From the NCBI GenBank assembly GCA_025603075.1, contig MU626416.1, positions 1 through 46,644 of the forward strand: a stretch of 46,644 nucleotides of DNA, in the 5' to 3' direction. Under the pieces are notes generated by a model. The model was given only the letters and a program-made list of their open reading frames with translations, ran no database searches and was not told the DNA's origin. The DNA is from Neoconidiobolus thromboides FSU 785 (Eukaryota; Fungi; Entomophthoromycota). Position 1 is the stretch's first letter. Each line of letters opens with the position of its first letter. Both the position numbers and the translations under genes were made by a program. Shown here in pieces: positions 37,518 to 46,644 of this stretch.

Positions 37518-37699
37518 AATATAAAAGGATCACTAATAAAAATAAAAAATCATTGTTTATTTAAAAAGTGTTCTCTCTTGGTCTTATAAAATTGATAATG
37601 AACTCCAATGCTACTATTTATCTACGGTCTCTTTTATATTCATTTCTTTCAGATCTAAATATTCTATTTAATTTTGATAATAACAATATTATTATTAAT

Positions 37700-39263
37700 T
37701 TACCTATCATCTAAACCTCTTTTAATTTCTTTTTTGTCTCCAAATAATTTATCAACTTCATCATCAATATAATTGTTTGATTTTTCAAATTTAACTGGCC
37801 CAGATGGTTCCTACAAAACAAAATTATTATTATTATCATAATCATAGCATAATGCTTACCACTGATGCATCTGCTCCTTTAAAGGCTGCTCTACCACCAA
37901 GAGCCCCACTGAATCGATCATCATTTTTGATTTTATCTAATTGAGTTTCAGCATCTTCCATATCTTCTTCCATATTTCTTTTTGGTTTGTAAATCATATT
38001 AGCACTGGATCCAGTAAACAAAGGTTTATTATATAAATCATATGTATCATCATCTTTAAATCCAGATGAAATACCTTCACTTTGATTAAATAATCTAGAA
38101 TCAAACATGGATTCTTTGGAAAGTGTAGGTTTAGCCAAGCCTAATGCTACCTTTTCACTAATATCACGATTCTCTTGTCTATTACGTTCAATATTAACAT
38201 CTACCATTTTAATAGATTACAAAGTAATTACCTTGATATAAATTTAGCTCTTTGTTCTGCACCCATATGAGATAAACGCATTTCACGCTCACGTTCCTTT
38301 TGTTTTTCACGTCTTAATTCTTCACGAGCATGTAATTCTTCATCTTCTACTTCTTCATTTTGTTTAGAACCATCAGCATGTAAATGAGCACTAAAATAAA
38401 TTTTAGACTTTTTACTATTATAAATATTAACTTGATTCTTACCGAGATTCTCTTGCTTTTTGCGCCAAATTGCGTAAACTTTCTTCCTTCTGCATCTTTT
38501 CTTTTTCCGCTACTTTATGTAATAACATATTACGTGTACGTGTTTCATCACGTACTATACGTTCTGCTGAAAATAATGACTCGGATAATATTGCAAACTT
38601 ATCATTAATTTGTACCTAGAGAAATGATATTGCCATTAATAAAATAATAATAATAAATTATAATTACATCTTGTAAACCACGACCATCAGCAGCTAAACG
38701 TTTATCTAATGGAATGGTATACCCTTTACTATTTTTCCAATTAGAAATACAAGGTGGGATTACCCAATCTTGTTGTTCTTTAGCTGTAACTTTACGAGTG
38801 GGTGAATGTAATACGGGTGCTGGTGGAGAAGGAGGACCTAAAAAGTCATAGTTTTAATTCATTGTTTGACGCGTTTAATTTTATTTCCTAGCTTACCGTT
38901 TGGTACCTTTTTATGTCTAAATTTTGGTGGTTCTAAAGGGTCTACTGGCATCTCTACAACTCTAACAATACGTTGGCGAGCTCCAGAGTTTAAGTTGGCG
39001 CCCTGCTGAGCAGGTGTATATCTGAAGAATATGGGCTTTTTATCATAGGTGTTGATATTTTTGGGTTTTGTTGAAGCAATTTTGCCTTTTAAAATAAGTT
39101 AAAGATTTCAATTTGATTCAATTGTTTGTTTACCTTCAGTTATCTTTTCTAAAGCTAACCGAGTCCTCTCTGCTGTCTCATTAACTACTTCTTTATCAGG
39201 TCGTTGGTTATCTTCATCTTCTTGATATCCAGTGGGCTTTGAGCGTAATACTAATTGATCCAT
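37700..39263 (-). CDS. PRP45: Pre-mRNA splicing factor Prp45/SNW1/SKIP, multi-exon
   Basis: RYTPAQQG, DPLEPPKFRHKK, GPPSPPAPVLHSP, SNWKNSKGYTIPLDKRLAADGRGLQ, RDISEKVALG, FDSRLFNQ, GPVKFEK. Confidence 0.93.
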
Positions 39264-40626
39264 TTTTGTATTATAATTTTTTTTAAAGAAGTTAGAAGTT
39301 ATAAAATCAGGCTGGGTCAAGCTTTAAAATTTTGTTTTGGTAATTAATTTCTTCCAATCAAAAGGAACTCTAATCTTAGCATAATTTTAGTTTTTTTTAG
39401 AGAATTCTAAGTGTTCAAGCTTTTTTGCCCAAAATTTTAGTTTATGCTTATGGTTTAAGCTAGTTTATACTCTTTTAAAGTCAAAAAAAAATAGCTTGAT
39501 AAGTTATCACAAAGCATTGACCATATCGCTAAATATTATTGAAAAAAAAATGCTTAAAAGGACTAAACCCATAAGTGATTTATTAAAAATTATAACCATT
39601 AAAATAAAGTGCCGGGATAAACTAGAGACCTATATCCCGTTCTATTTGCTTTTTGACAATCGAGCAACAGTCCAGACGAATTCATTAGATCAATGCTAAT
39701 CATTAGTTTGTAATTTCCAGTAATTTATTTCCTATTACTTTATTAATCTAGTTTTTTTCCTTTTGTAGCTATGGCTATTCTATAAAGTATTAGAAAACTT
39801 TTGCTCGCCTGTATAGAAAATATGCTGTGGTTGTAAACAATGGCCCTATTTAACACATCGGGTTTCTTTTAGATTATACAAGTTATGATAATGATATACT
39901 ACTTTCTAACTATCGCTACTTATTTAATATAAATGGTAAGAAAGAAATAAGTTTCTATAAATGATTTCATTTAGAAATGACATTTATCTTCTTTAAACGT
40001 TTATTTTGCACTTATGATATTAAAGATAATAAAAATAATAATTTTCTAACTTAACGATTCACTCGAATAAGCTTATTTAGCATCCTTTTATTATTAATAT
40101 TACAATAGAATAGAATAACAAAAGTAAAATCCTCTTTATGGTTAACTCTAGTTTTGATTTTTTTTATATTTTAAAAGCATTGTGATAGTGCTTGTTTACT
40201 TTAATAGTTAAGCATGTAGAGATACAATTCAAATAACCTCCATGTGGAATTGGAATGTGATCTGTTTAACTCAATTTAGTTAGTGACTTATTTAATAACA
40301 ATAGAAACTGAAACTTTTGAAGATGATAAAATAATAAATTGTATATTTTGTGGTTTCATTTTGATCAATATAAGGAATATGGTAAACGCCTTATGAACTA
40401 AAATTAGGGGCTAATTTTAGAAAAGGGGTTAAAAAATACATCTTGATTTTCTAACTTTTTTTAAGGAATAACCATAGTAACTATAAATATTATAAAAACA
40501 AAGGAAAATCAAGTTATCTTTTATTGTAATAATTAAAATAAAATTGACACTATTATAAGATCATTTAACTAATTAATATATATAAACCATACAACTAATT
40601 AATACAAACAATAGAATTTAACTAAT

Positions 40627-41268
40627 ATGATGAAATTTACTAAAGTTTTTGATAAATATTTAGCAATATTTAAAGATGAAGAAGGTGAACGTAATACAAC
40701 AAACAATAACTCAAATAATGACAACAAATCAAACAATACCATCACTAATTTCAATAACATTTCGATTTCTCTCTTAAATAATAATGAATCAAGTGAAAGT
40801 ACTACTTATATTGCCCCACAACATGCTAAAGGTAGAATATGTAAAAGAAGTTCGATTGAAGCTAAAATGGCATATTGGACAATATCTTTATTAAAAAGTA
40901 AAGATAAAGATAATTCACTTAAACAAAAGGCAATCAACTTAATGGATCCCTATACACTTTATCCTTATGAAATGATGACCTCCTCGGTTATCAACTTACC
41001 AAAAAAGAAAGTGGAAATTGTAAATTCAACTATAAACTCAAATTTAAGTTCAAATACAATTACTCCCAATTTAACCATCTCCTCTGGTGCCTCCTGCAAA
41101 GCTTTGGAAGAAATGAAACTTATGTTTGAAGAAATGGAGCAGGAGACTATGAACGAAAATGATAAATATTGGCAAGTTTCCGACTTACAAATGGAAGCTA
41201 TTAATGATTTTTCTAATAATGAAATTGATCCTGATAACTGTTACGTTATTTCTTCCTATAATCAATAA
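40627..41268 (+). CDS. Hypothetical Asn/Ser-rich protein, 213 aa
   Basis: Single ATG-initiated ORF with coding-like composition; no recognisable domain. Confidence 0.55.
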   Translation: MMKFTKVFDKYLAIFKDEEGERNTTNNNSNNDNKSNNTITNFNNISISLLNNNESSESTTYIAPQHAKGRICKRSSIEAKMAYWTISLLKSKDKDNSLKQKAINLMDPYTLYPYEMMTSSVINLPKKKVEIVNSTINSNLSSNTITPNLTISSGASCKALEEMKLMFEEMEQETMNENDKYWQVSDLQMEAINDFSNNEIDPDNCYVISSYNQ

Positions 41269-41527
41269 TTAATTTTACACCAGAATGTACTCTTATAAAT
41301 TAAAGTATAAATTATAACTTCTATATTGTTATGATTTAATAAATTAGTGTATTTTGTAAGTTATTTCATAACAGTAAATTTTTATTTTTTATGGTATATT
41401 TTTTTATTAACTGCGACAAATCAAGCGGCTTTATTTTGTTCTTTTAATATGTTTTAAACCTACGCAATTTTATTGAAATTTAAATAGTTGAATTTTATTT
41501 TTTTTCTTTCTTTTTTATTAAGCAATC

Positions 41528-42988
41528 ATGGCTTTAGTCGATTTATTAAAACCAAAAGAAGATCCAAAAAAATCAGCTACAAACAACTCCTTACCAAAGT
41601 CCTTCTTTGAAGATTTACCACCAGAATGTATTGGGCTTATCCTTAGTTACCTTGATTTTGAAGACCAGATCAGGTGCCTTAGTTTAAGTAAAGCGCTATA
41701 TGACCGTTTTGTAAAAAGGATCTATCGATCAATGCATATTTCAGATATCAAATTTAAAAATAATGCTATAAGTAAACATTCGTCTTGTATTAGAGAGGTT
41801 GATGCTAGATATGCTTATATTTATCCTAATGGCAGTGTTAATTTACACAGATTAATTAAAAATAATACAAGTGTCAAATATCATTTAAAATGCCCCTCCT
41901 TATTTTTATATAACGAAGACGGGACCAAAAAATATGAGAACTGTGTACTTGAGCATTTAACTATCGATTATTCTTTAAATAGTGCATGTATTTTAGAAGA
42001 TTCTACCAAATTTGAGAAACTAGAAAAGGATAGAGCATTTTCAAAAATCAAATCTATTCATTTCAATAATAATCTCAAAGCTGCCAAGAATCTATTTCCG
42101 CTATTGAAAGATCAAGTTAAGAGTATTACAATTGAAAATATTGAACAGAATTATTTAAAGAAACCCCTTCAAAACATTTTAAATTTTAGTAATTTAACCG
42201 AATTGAGATTATTATCCTGCAAACTAAGACTCGGCCACATACAAAATATATTTAATACCGCAAGCAGAAGTTTAAAGCATTTGGAAATTAATTCGTATTC
42301 CAATTCAGGAAATGGCATGAAAGCGCCCAAGTTATATATTGATGGAAATAAGTGTAAGAGTTTAAGATCCTTAACTTTAGATAGTATCATGTATCGTATT
42401 GAATTTCAGAATAGTTTAAAGAAACTTAGTACTTTGAGACTTCAAAGTTATAGTTTGAACCAATTAAGTATTCAGCAAGAGAACATTCCAAATGTAAGAG
42501 AACTATCACTTATATCATGTAACAGTTTAACTGCAAAGTTGATGAAATTAATACTTCGCTCAACAAGCATTACAAGCTTAAAGTTAGATACAAACGATTG
42601 TGAAACTTTGCTTTTAAGAGAGATTTATCCAAGTAAAAAAATCAGGAATAATATTATAAAGATGGATATTACCAGAGCCACATTTGATGATTACTTTTTA
42701 AATTATCTGGTGTTTAACTGTAAGAATTTAGAATATTTGATTTTAAAAGATTGTGAGTCCTTATCAGCTAACCGTAGTGTTTTACTAAATGATAAGCAAT
42801 TTACACATAAGATTGAAAGTTTAAGTAAGTTAATTCTAAATAAGGAAGGATTGGAAGAAGAGTTTATTGAATTTATTATTAAAAATTCAATAAACTTAAC
42901 CAATGTTACAATTACGGCTATTGAAGGAAAATGGTTACTACATTGTTTAAGTAAATATCCTAAGATAGCTATGAAGCTTGAAGTATAA
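41528..42988 (+). CDS. F-box protein with RNI-like leucine-rich repeats, intronless
   Basis: F-box DLPPECIGLILSYLDFEDQIRCLSLSKALY; repeated LxxLxL units (LTELRLLSC, LKHLEINS, LRSLTLDS, LEYLILKDC). Confidence 0.85.
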   Translation: MALVDLLKPKEDPKKSATNNSLPKSFFEDLPPECIGLILSYLDFEDQIRCLSLSKALYDRFVKRIYRSMHISDIKFKNNAISKHSSCIREVDARYAYIYPNGSVNLHRLIKNNTSVKYHLKCPSLFLYNEDGTKKYENCVLEHLTIDYSLNSACILEDSTKFEKLEKDRAFSKIKSIHFNNNLKAAKNLFPLLKDQVKSITIENIEQNYLKKPLQNILNFSNLTELRLLSCKLRLGHIQNIFNTASRSLKHLEINSYSNSGNGMKAPKLYIDGNKCKSLRSLTLDSIMYRIEFQNSLKKLSTLRLQSYSLNQLSIQQENIPNVRELSLISCNSLTAKLMKLILRSTSITSLKLDTNDCETLLLREIYPSKKIRNNIIKMDITRATFDDYFLNYLVFNCKNLEYLILKDCESLSANRSVLLNDKQFTHKIESLSKLILNKEGLEEEFIEFIIKNSINLTNVTITAIEGKWLLHCLSKYPKIAMKLEV

Positions 42989-43631
42989 TAGTAAATAAAA
43001 TTTGGTTTGCATTTTATTTTATTTTGTTATTTTATTGTTTTGTTCTTTGTCTTTCTTGTTCTATTTTAAAACTTGATATAATATATTGTGTGTCTCTAAT
43101 ATATTAATAAGTTTAATATTAGATAACTATCATTTATAATGTAACGTAATTTATAGTAAATTTACTCATTTAATATATTACATTTTGATTAAAAACCAAT
43201 AAAATTAACTTTATAGATTAAATCCTACCCAATTAGTTGATTTATTTATAAGCTGGAATGTTTAATCTATTTTTAGTTGGTATTAAATTAGAAATAGAAA
43301 AATGAGCTTTTATTTTATTTTATTAGAAACTATTTTTAATTCAATGAGATCAAGGAGATTGGAAATAGCGCCAAGTTGGTCTAAACATAGAAAGTGTGCG
43401 TTATGTTACTAAAAAAAAGGTTATTTTTATCTAATTAAAAATCGAGTTTGGGGTTCGTTAGCATTAAATTTCACCACAACATTGTGAATAATAAGTTTAG
43501 AAATTAAATGAATGAATAAGATTCTAAATTTAAATATAAAGTAACTATAAATAAATAGCAAGAGGACATAATTGTTGAAATATATTTGTTTATTTTTTAT
43601 CTTTTTTATAATTAATAAACTTAATTCCATC

Positions 43632-44297
43632 ATGGCTTTACGTATTAAAAGAAACAAACCTTCCCTTCCTAAACTTAATACCACTATCTCAACGAATACT
43701 ACTAATGGTCCTCAACTAAACACTATCGATTCAGTTAGTAAATTAACAAAAGAAACTTTAATGCCATTATATCAAAACCAAGGGCCAATTGAAATAATAC
43801 CAGGGTTATATCTCGGAACACAACATGACGCAAATAATACCAAACACCTTATTAAACTTGGCATCGATTCAATTTTAAACGTAGCAGAAGAAGTAGACTC
43901 GAAACCAAACTCACCTTTTGATGGCAATGAAAGTGCAGTAATCAATTACCTAAGTTTAGAATGGTGCCATTATGAAAAAGAGATTATGAGTTATTTTGAT
44001 ACAGCTTTTGAATTTATTGACCAAGCACGTATTAACCGTAAAAAGAAAGTATTGGTTCATTGTCAGTTAGGAGTTTCAAGGTCAGCTACTTTAATTATAG
44101 CCTATTTAATGTATAAGATCAATTATACATGCCATGAAGCATACAACTTTGTTAAATCCAAATCATGCAAAGTAGCACCTAATCTACATCTATTTACACA
44201 ATTAATTCAATACGAAATCTATTTAAAAAAGAGTAAAATGTATAAAAGTTGTGAATTTAATAGTCAATTACCATCAAAAAGAATGAAGATAATATAA
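43632..44297 (+). CDS. Dual-specificity (MAPK-type) protein phosphatase, Msg5/Pmp1-like
   Basis: PIEIIPGLYLG, LGIDSILNVA, catalytic VLVHCQLGVSRSATLIIAYLM, APNLHL; the likely start is the ATG at 43632 rather than the TTG at 43572. Confidence 0.9.
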   Translation: MALRIKRNKPSLPKLNTTISTNTTNGPQLNTIDSVSKLTKETLMPLYQNQGPIEIIPGLYLGTQHDANNTKHLIKLGIDSILNVAEEVDSKPNSPFDGNESAVINYLSLEWCHYEKEIMSYFDTAFEFIDQARINRKKKVLVHCQLGVSRSATLIIAYLMYKINYTCHEAYNFVKSKSCKVAPNLHLFTQLIQYEIYLKKSKMYKSCEFNSQLPSKRMKII

Positions 44298-44503
44298 AAT
44301 TAAGTTGATTTCTCTGTGGATTATTGTATTACTCTATTGGACTATAGGAGGAGTTTAATTTATGCTGGGCATCTATTGTTATGTAATTAAATATATTGAA
44401 TTGTAATTAAAGTAAATTTTTTGTGGTATTTTTAAACTTGATAATATTTTTAATTTATTAGTTACTAAGTGACTTATTATAAACTAACTACTGAATGATA
44501 TAT

Positions 44504-44537
44504 GGGAGTGTTTTTTAATCCTATTTATCCATTTTTT
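44504..44537 (-). mobile_element. MITE family 1, right-end fragment
   Basis: ATAT + gggagtgttttttaatcctatttatccatttttt resembles the first ~35 nt of minus-orientation copies. Confidence 0.45.
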
Positions 44538-44680
44538 CATAACAAACTTTAAAAAAATAACAAAACACTAAACACAGTTCAGATTTTTTGTTTTAATATT
44601 TCGTTTATTATTACCTACCAGTTATCAAGTAATAATTATTGTTATATAATAATAAAATCTCATACCTTATAATATTTATT

Positions 44681-45556
44681 TTATTCTTTCAAATAAGCTC
44701 TGGTGTGATTATTTTTAACCAATCTGCGTTGAAACGGAGCATCTGTACCATGAATCCAGTCCATTAATCCTAATACTCCAAATGTAGAATGATGTGTTTC
44801 ATGATGAAAGTCATGGCGAGCAGCCCATGGAAAGTAAGGTACCTCATAACCTCCATGGGTTACTATTGTACTAATCAAAGTAGCAAACAGATAACAATAG
44901 TGTGAAACTGGGTGAACATTAAAAATCAAAGGCCCAGAAATACCAGGAATAAGGTTTGATAAGGCAAAATCACTTGGTTCCATATAAAACGCGGCTATCC
45001 CAATCGGAGCAGAAAATTGATGGTGTTTTTTATGCACGATGGAATAAAGCTTTGGATGATGAAATAATCGATGAATATAATAAAAAAACACTTCTTCACA
45101 AATGACACATAAAATAACATTGATGATAATTTCTGGCCAAGAAGGTAGTTTAGAGTATAAACTTACATTATCAGCCTTATTAAATGGAGAGCTTGGATGT
45201 AGAAAATAAAGGACTGGGAAATTGAACAGCAAGGAAACGATGATAAAGTTAAACAATACAAGAGGCAAGCTTCCTTTATAATCTTCTATTGTTGGTAACT
45301 TATTTTTCTGTAATTTTATATCATTTGTTTTTTCTTTTGGTATTAACAGATCGACCACAGCCAGTGTACCGCAAGCTAATGTGAAAGTAACTATGGCTAC
45401 TATAAAACTTCCAAGTCCTACTAATGTAAAATCGTCCGTTTTACTTATTAGATAATCCCAACTACTTTGTCCATATACTTTGCTCCATATACCAATGATA
45501 GAGAATAGTACTAAATAGCAGATTCGATCAAGAAATATATAGCACTTGGAATTCAT
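44681..45556 (-). CDS. Fatty-acid hydroxylase/sterol desaturase superfamily enzyme (ERG25/FAXDC2-like)
   Basis: His boxes YYIHRLFHH, HKKHH, THGGY, HDFHH; C-terminal FG..G..DWIHGTD; transmembrane segments. Confidence 0.9.
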   Translation of the reverse strand: MNSKCYIFLDRICYLVLFSIIGIWSKVYGQSSWDYLISKTDDFTLVGLGSFIVAIVTFTLACGTLAVVDLLIPKEKTNDIKLQKNKLPTIEDYKGSLPLVLFNFIIVSLLFNFPVLYFLHPSSPFNKADNVSLYSKLPSWPEIIINVILCVICEEVFFYYIHRLFHHPKLYSIVHKKHHQFSAPIGIAAFYMEPSDFALSNLIPGISGPLIFNVHPVSHYCYLFATLISTIVTHGGYEVPYFPWAARHDFHHETHHSTFGVLGLMDWIHGTDAPFQRRLVKNNHTRAYLKE

Positions 45557-46010
45557 TTTATTTTTTTAAGAGATTAGATTTTTTTTTAAATACTTTTAAG
45601 AAGCATTTTTAAAGATTCCATGATTTTTTATTATCCTTGATTTCTATTGTGTATAAGAGTAAATTTCTTTTTAGGCAATTATTTAAAAAGAATGACTAAG
45701 ATTAGACTAAAATTGGCATAAAGCTGCTAAAGCACTTAATAATTATAAATACATGACTTCAAACCTAACAAATGATTACAAATAGACTGCTTTTTTACTA
45801 TTACTTATGAAATTATTTTAATAATTTTATAAAATGAGCTTCATATACCTTGAGACTATAGAATTCCTAAAGATTTTAAGTTAAAATCTTATTATATAAA
45901 AACAAAGCTCTTAAAATATCTTCTTTAAAATTTAAATAGGCAACTAACTCGATTAAATTAAAAAGAATATTTTCCACTTTAATTTAGATTAAACTTTATA
46001 AAATACATAT

Positions 46011-46099
46011 AGGAATGCTCTTTTTTGTTCACCTTTTTGTCTATTTTTTATACAACGAAAAAAAACATTAGTTATATAGCTAATTAAAAAAACACTTTT
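46011..46099 (-). mobile_element. MITE family 1, highly degenerate copy
   Basis: ATAT 46007-46010 / ATGT 46100-46103 flank aggaatgctcttttttg...aaaaaaacactttt. Confidence 0.4.
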
Positions 46100-46207
46100 A
46101 TGTAACTTATACAAAATGATAATAATGTTCATAGCACTTACTATATTTAATCTATTATTTTTACAAAAATTTGAAATTTGAAATAATTCTATTATTAAAA
46201 ACTATAT

Positions 46208-46228
46208 GGGGTGTATTTTTGTGTTTAA
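46208..46228 (+). mobile_element. MITE family 1, left-end fragment
   Basis: ATAT + ggggtgtatttttgtgtttaa. Confidence 0.55.
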
Positions 46229-46460
46229 TATAAATAGAAATCAATATGATTATTCAAAAATAAGTGATAATAGTAGTAAGATATCAACATTACAGCCTAT
46301 TATTAAAAATGTAAGAAAAATCAAAGATGACCAAATTGAAACTATTGTACAATATTTACTAAATGATTCAACTATTTCATCAAGATTTAATAAAAAAATA
46401 ATGATAGTAAATGTTTATTATATAATATATATATCAAATAAAAGTAGAAGAATGATATAC

Positions 46461-46554
46461 GGGGTTGTCTGAATTAGTTTCATTATTTTATCTAATTTTT
46501 GAAAAATTTTGTATTTTAAAAACTTCGCTTAAAATTCTATAAAATCATATCTTT
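46461..46554 (-). mobile_element. MITE family 1, highly degenerate copy
   Basis: ggggttgt...gtttcattatttt...aaaattct...aaaatcatatcttt; full-length spacing but poor TSD (ATAC/ATTA). Confidence 0.4.
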
Positions 46555-46644
46555 ATTAAAATAAAAGTACCCGGACACAGTTCTAAATCATTCTATTATA
46601 GCTCATACTGTAAGTTAGTTGAATTTCTACTAGATCTTAAATAC

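Noticed and set aside
39562-39571. CTAAACCC as a telomerase RNA template
   Set aside because: Similar motifs occur by chance elsewhere (about 33985 and 36040), and the telomere sequence of the organism is unknown.
40401-40445. aaaattag-ggg-ctaatttt palindrome and aaaaaatacatc resembling MITE ends
   Set aside because: Too short and AT-rich; no core sequence or TSD.
43427-43684. 85-aa antisense ORF and the 5' TTG extension of the phosphatase
   Set aside because: Low-complexity AT-rich promoter sequence; the ATG at 43632 has a better context.

Overview
Very AT-rich, gene-dense fungal genomic DNA with many short (~40-60 nt) GT-AG introns. Skn7, Arp9 and an HDEL-type BiP point to a fungus; an early-diverging, Conidiobolus-like (Entomophthoromycotina) source is an inference only. 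About 17 protein genes can be supported: SKN7/prr1, RTC1/SEA2 (WDR24), a secreted Cys-rich protein, SDH4, MSH2, KAR2/BiP, two convergent paralogous fungal-TF middle-homology-region proteins with no Zn2Cys6 domain, an AVT2/SLC38-type transporter, LPD1, a probable MEI4/Rec24 meiotic DSB factor not captured as one protein by the ORF track, ARP9, an N-terminally short PRP45/SKIP, a hypothetical protein, an F-box/LRR protein, a dual-specificity phosphatase and a sterol-desaturase-family enzyme. The main non-genic signal is a ~97-bp foldback MITE present in ~20 copies or fragments, all intergenic. It has GRGG...CCYC ends and copy-specific 4-bp ANNT target-site duplications (Sola-like). It repeatedly forms head-to-head pairs, and one copy sits on the RTC1 stop codon. 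A second, longer decayed repeat shows strong C>T/G>A transition bias. No rRNA, tRNA or CRISPR array was found. All alignments and gene models were made by eye.
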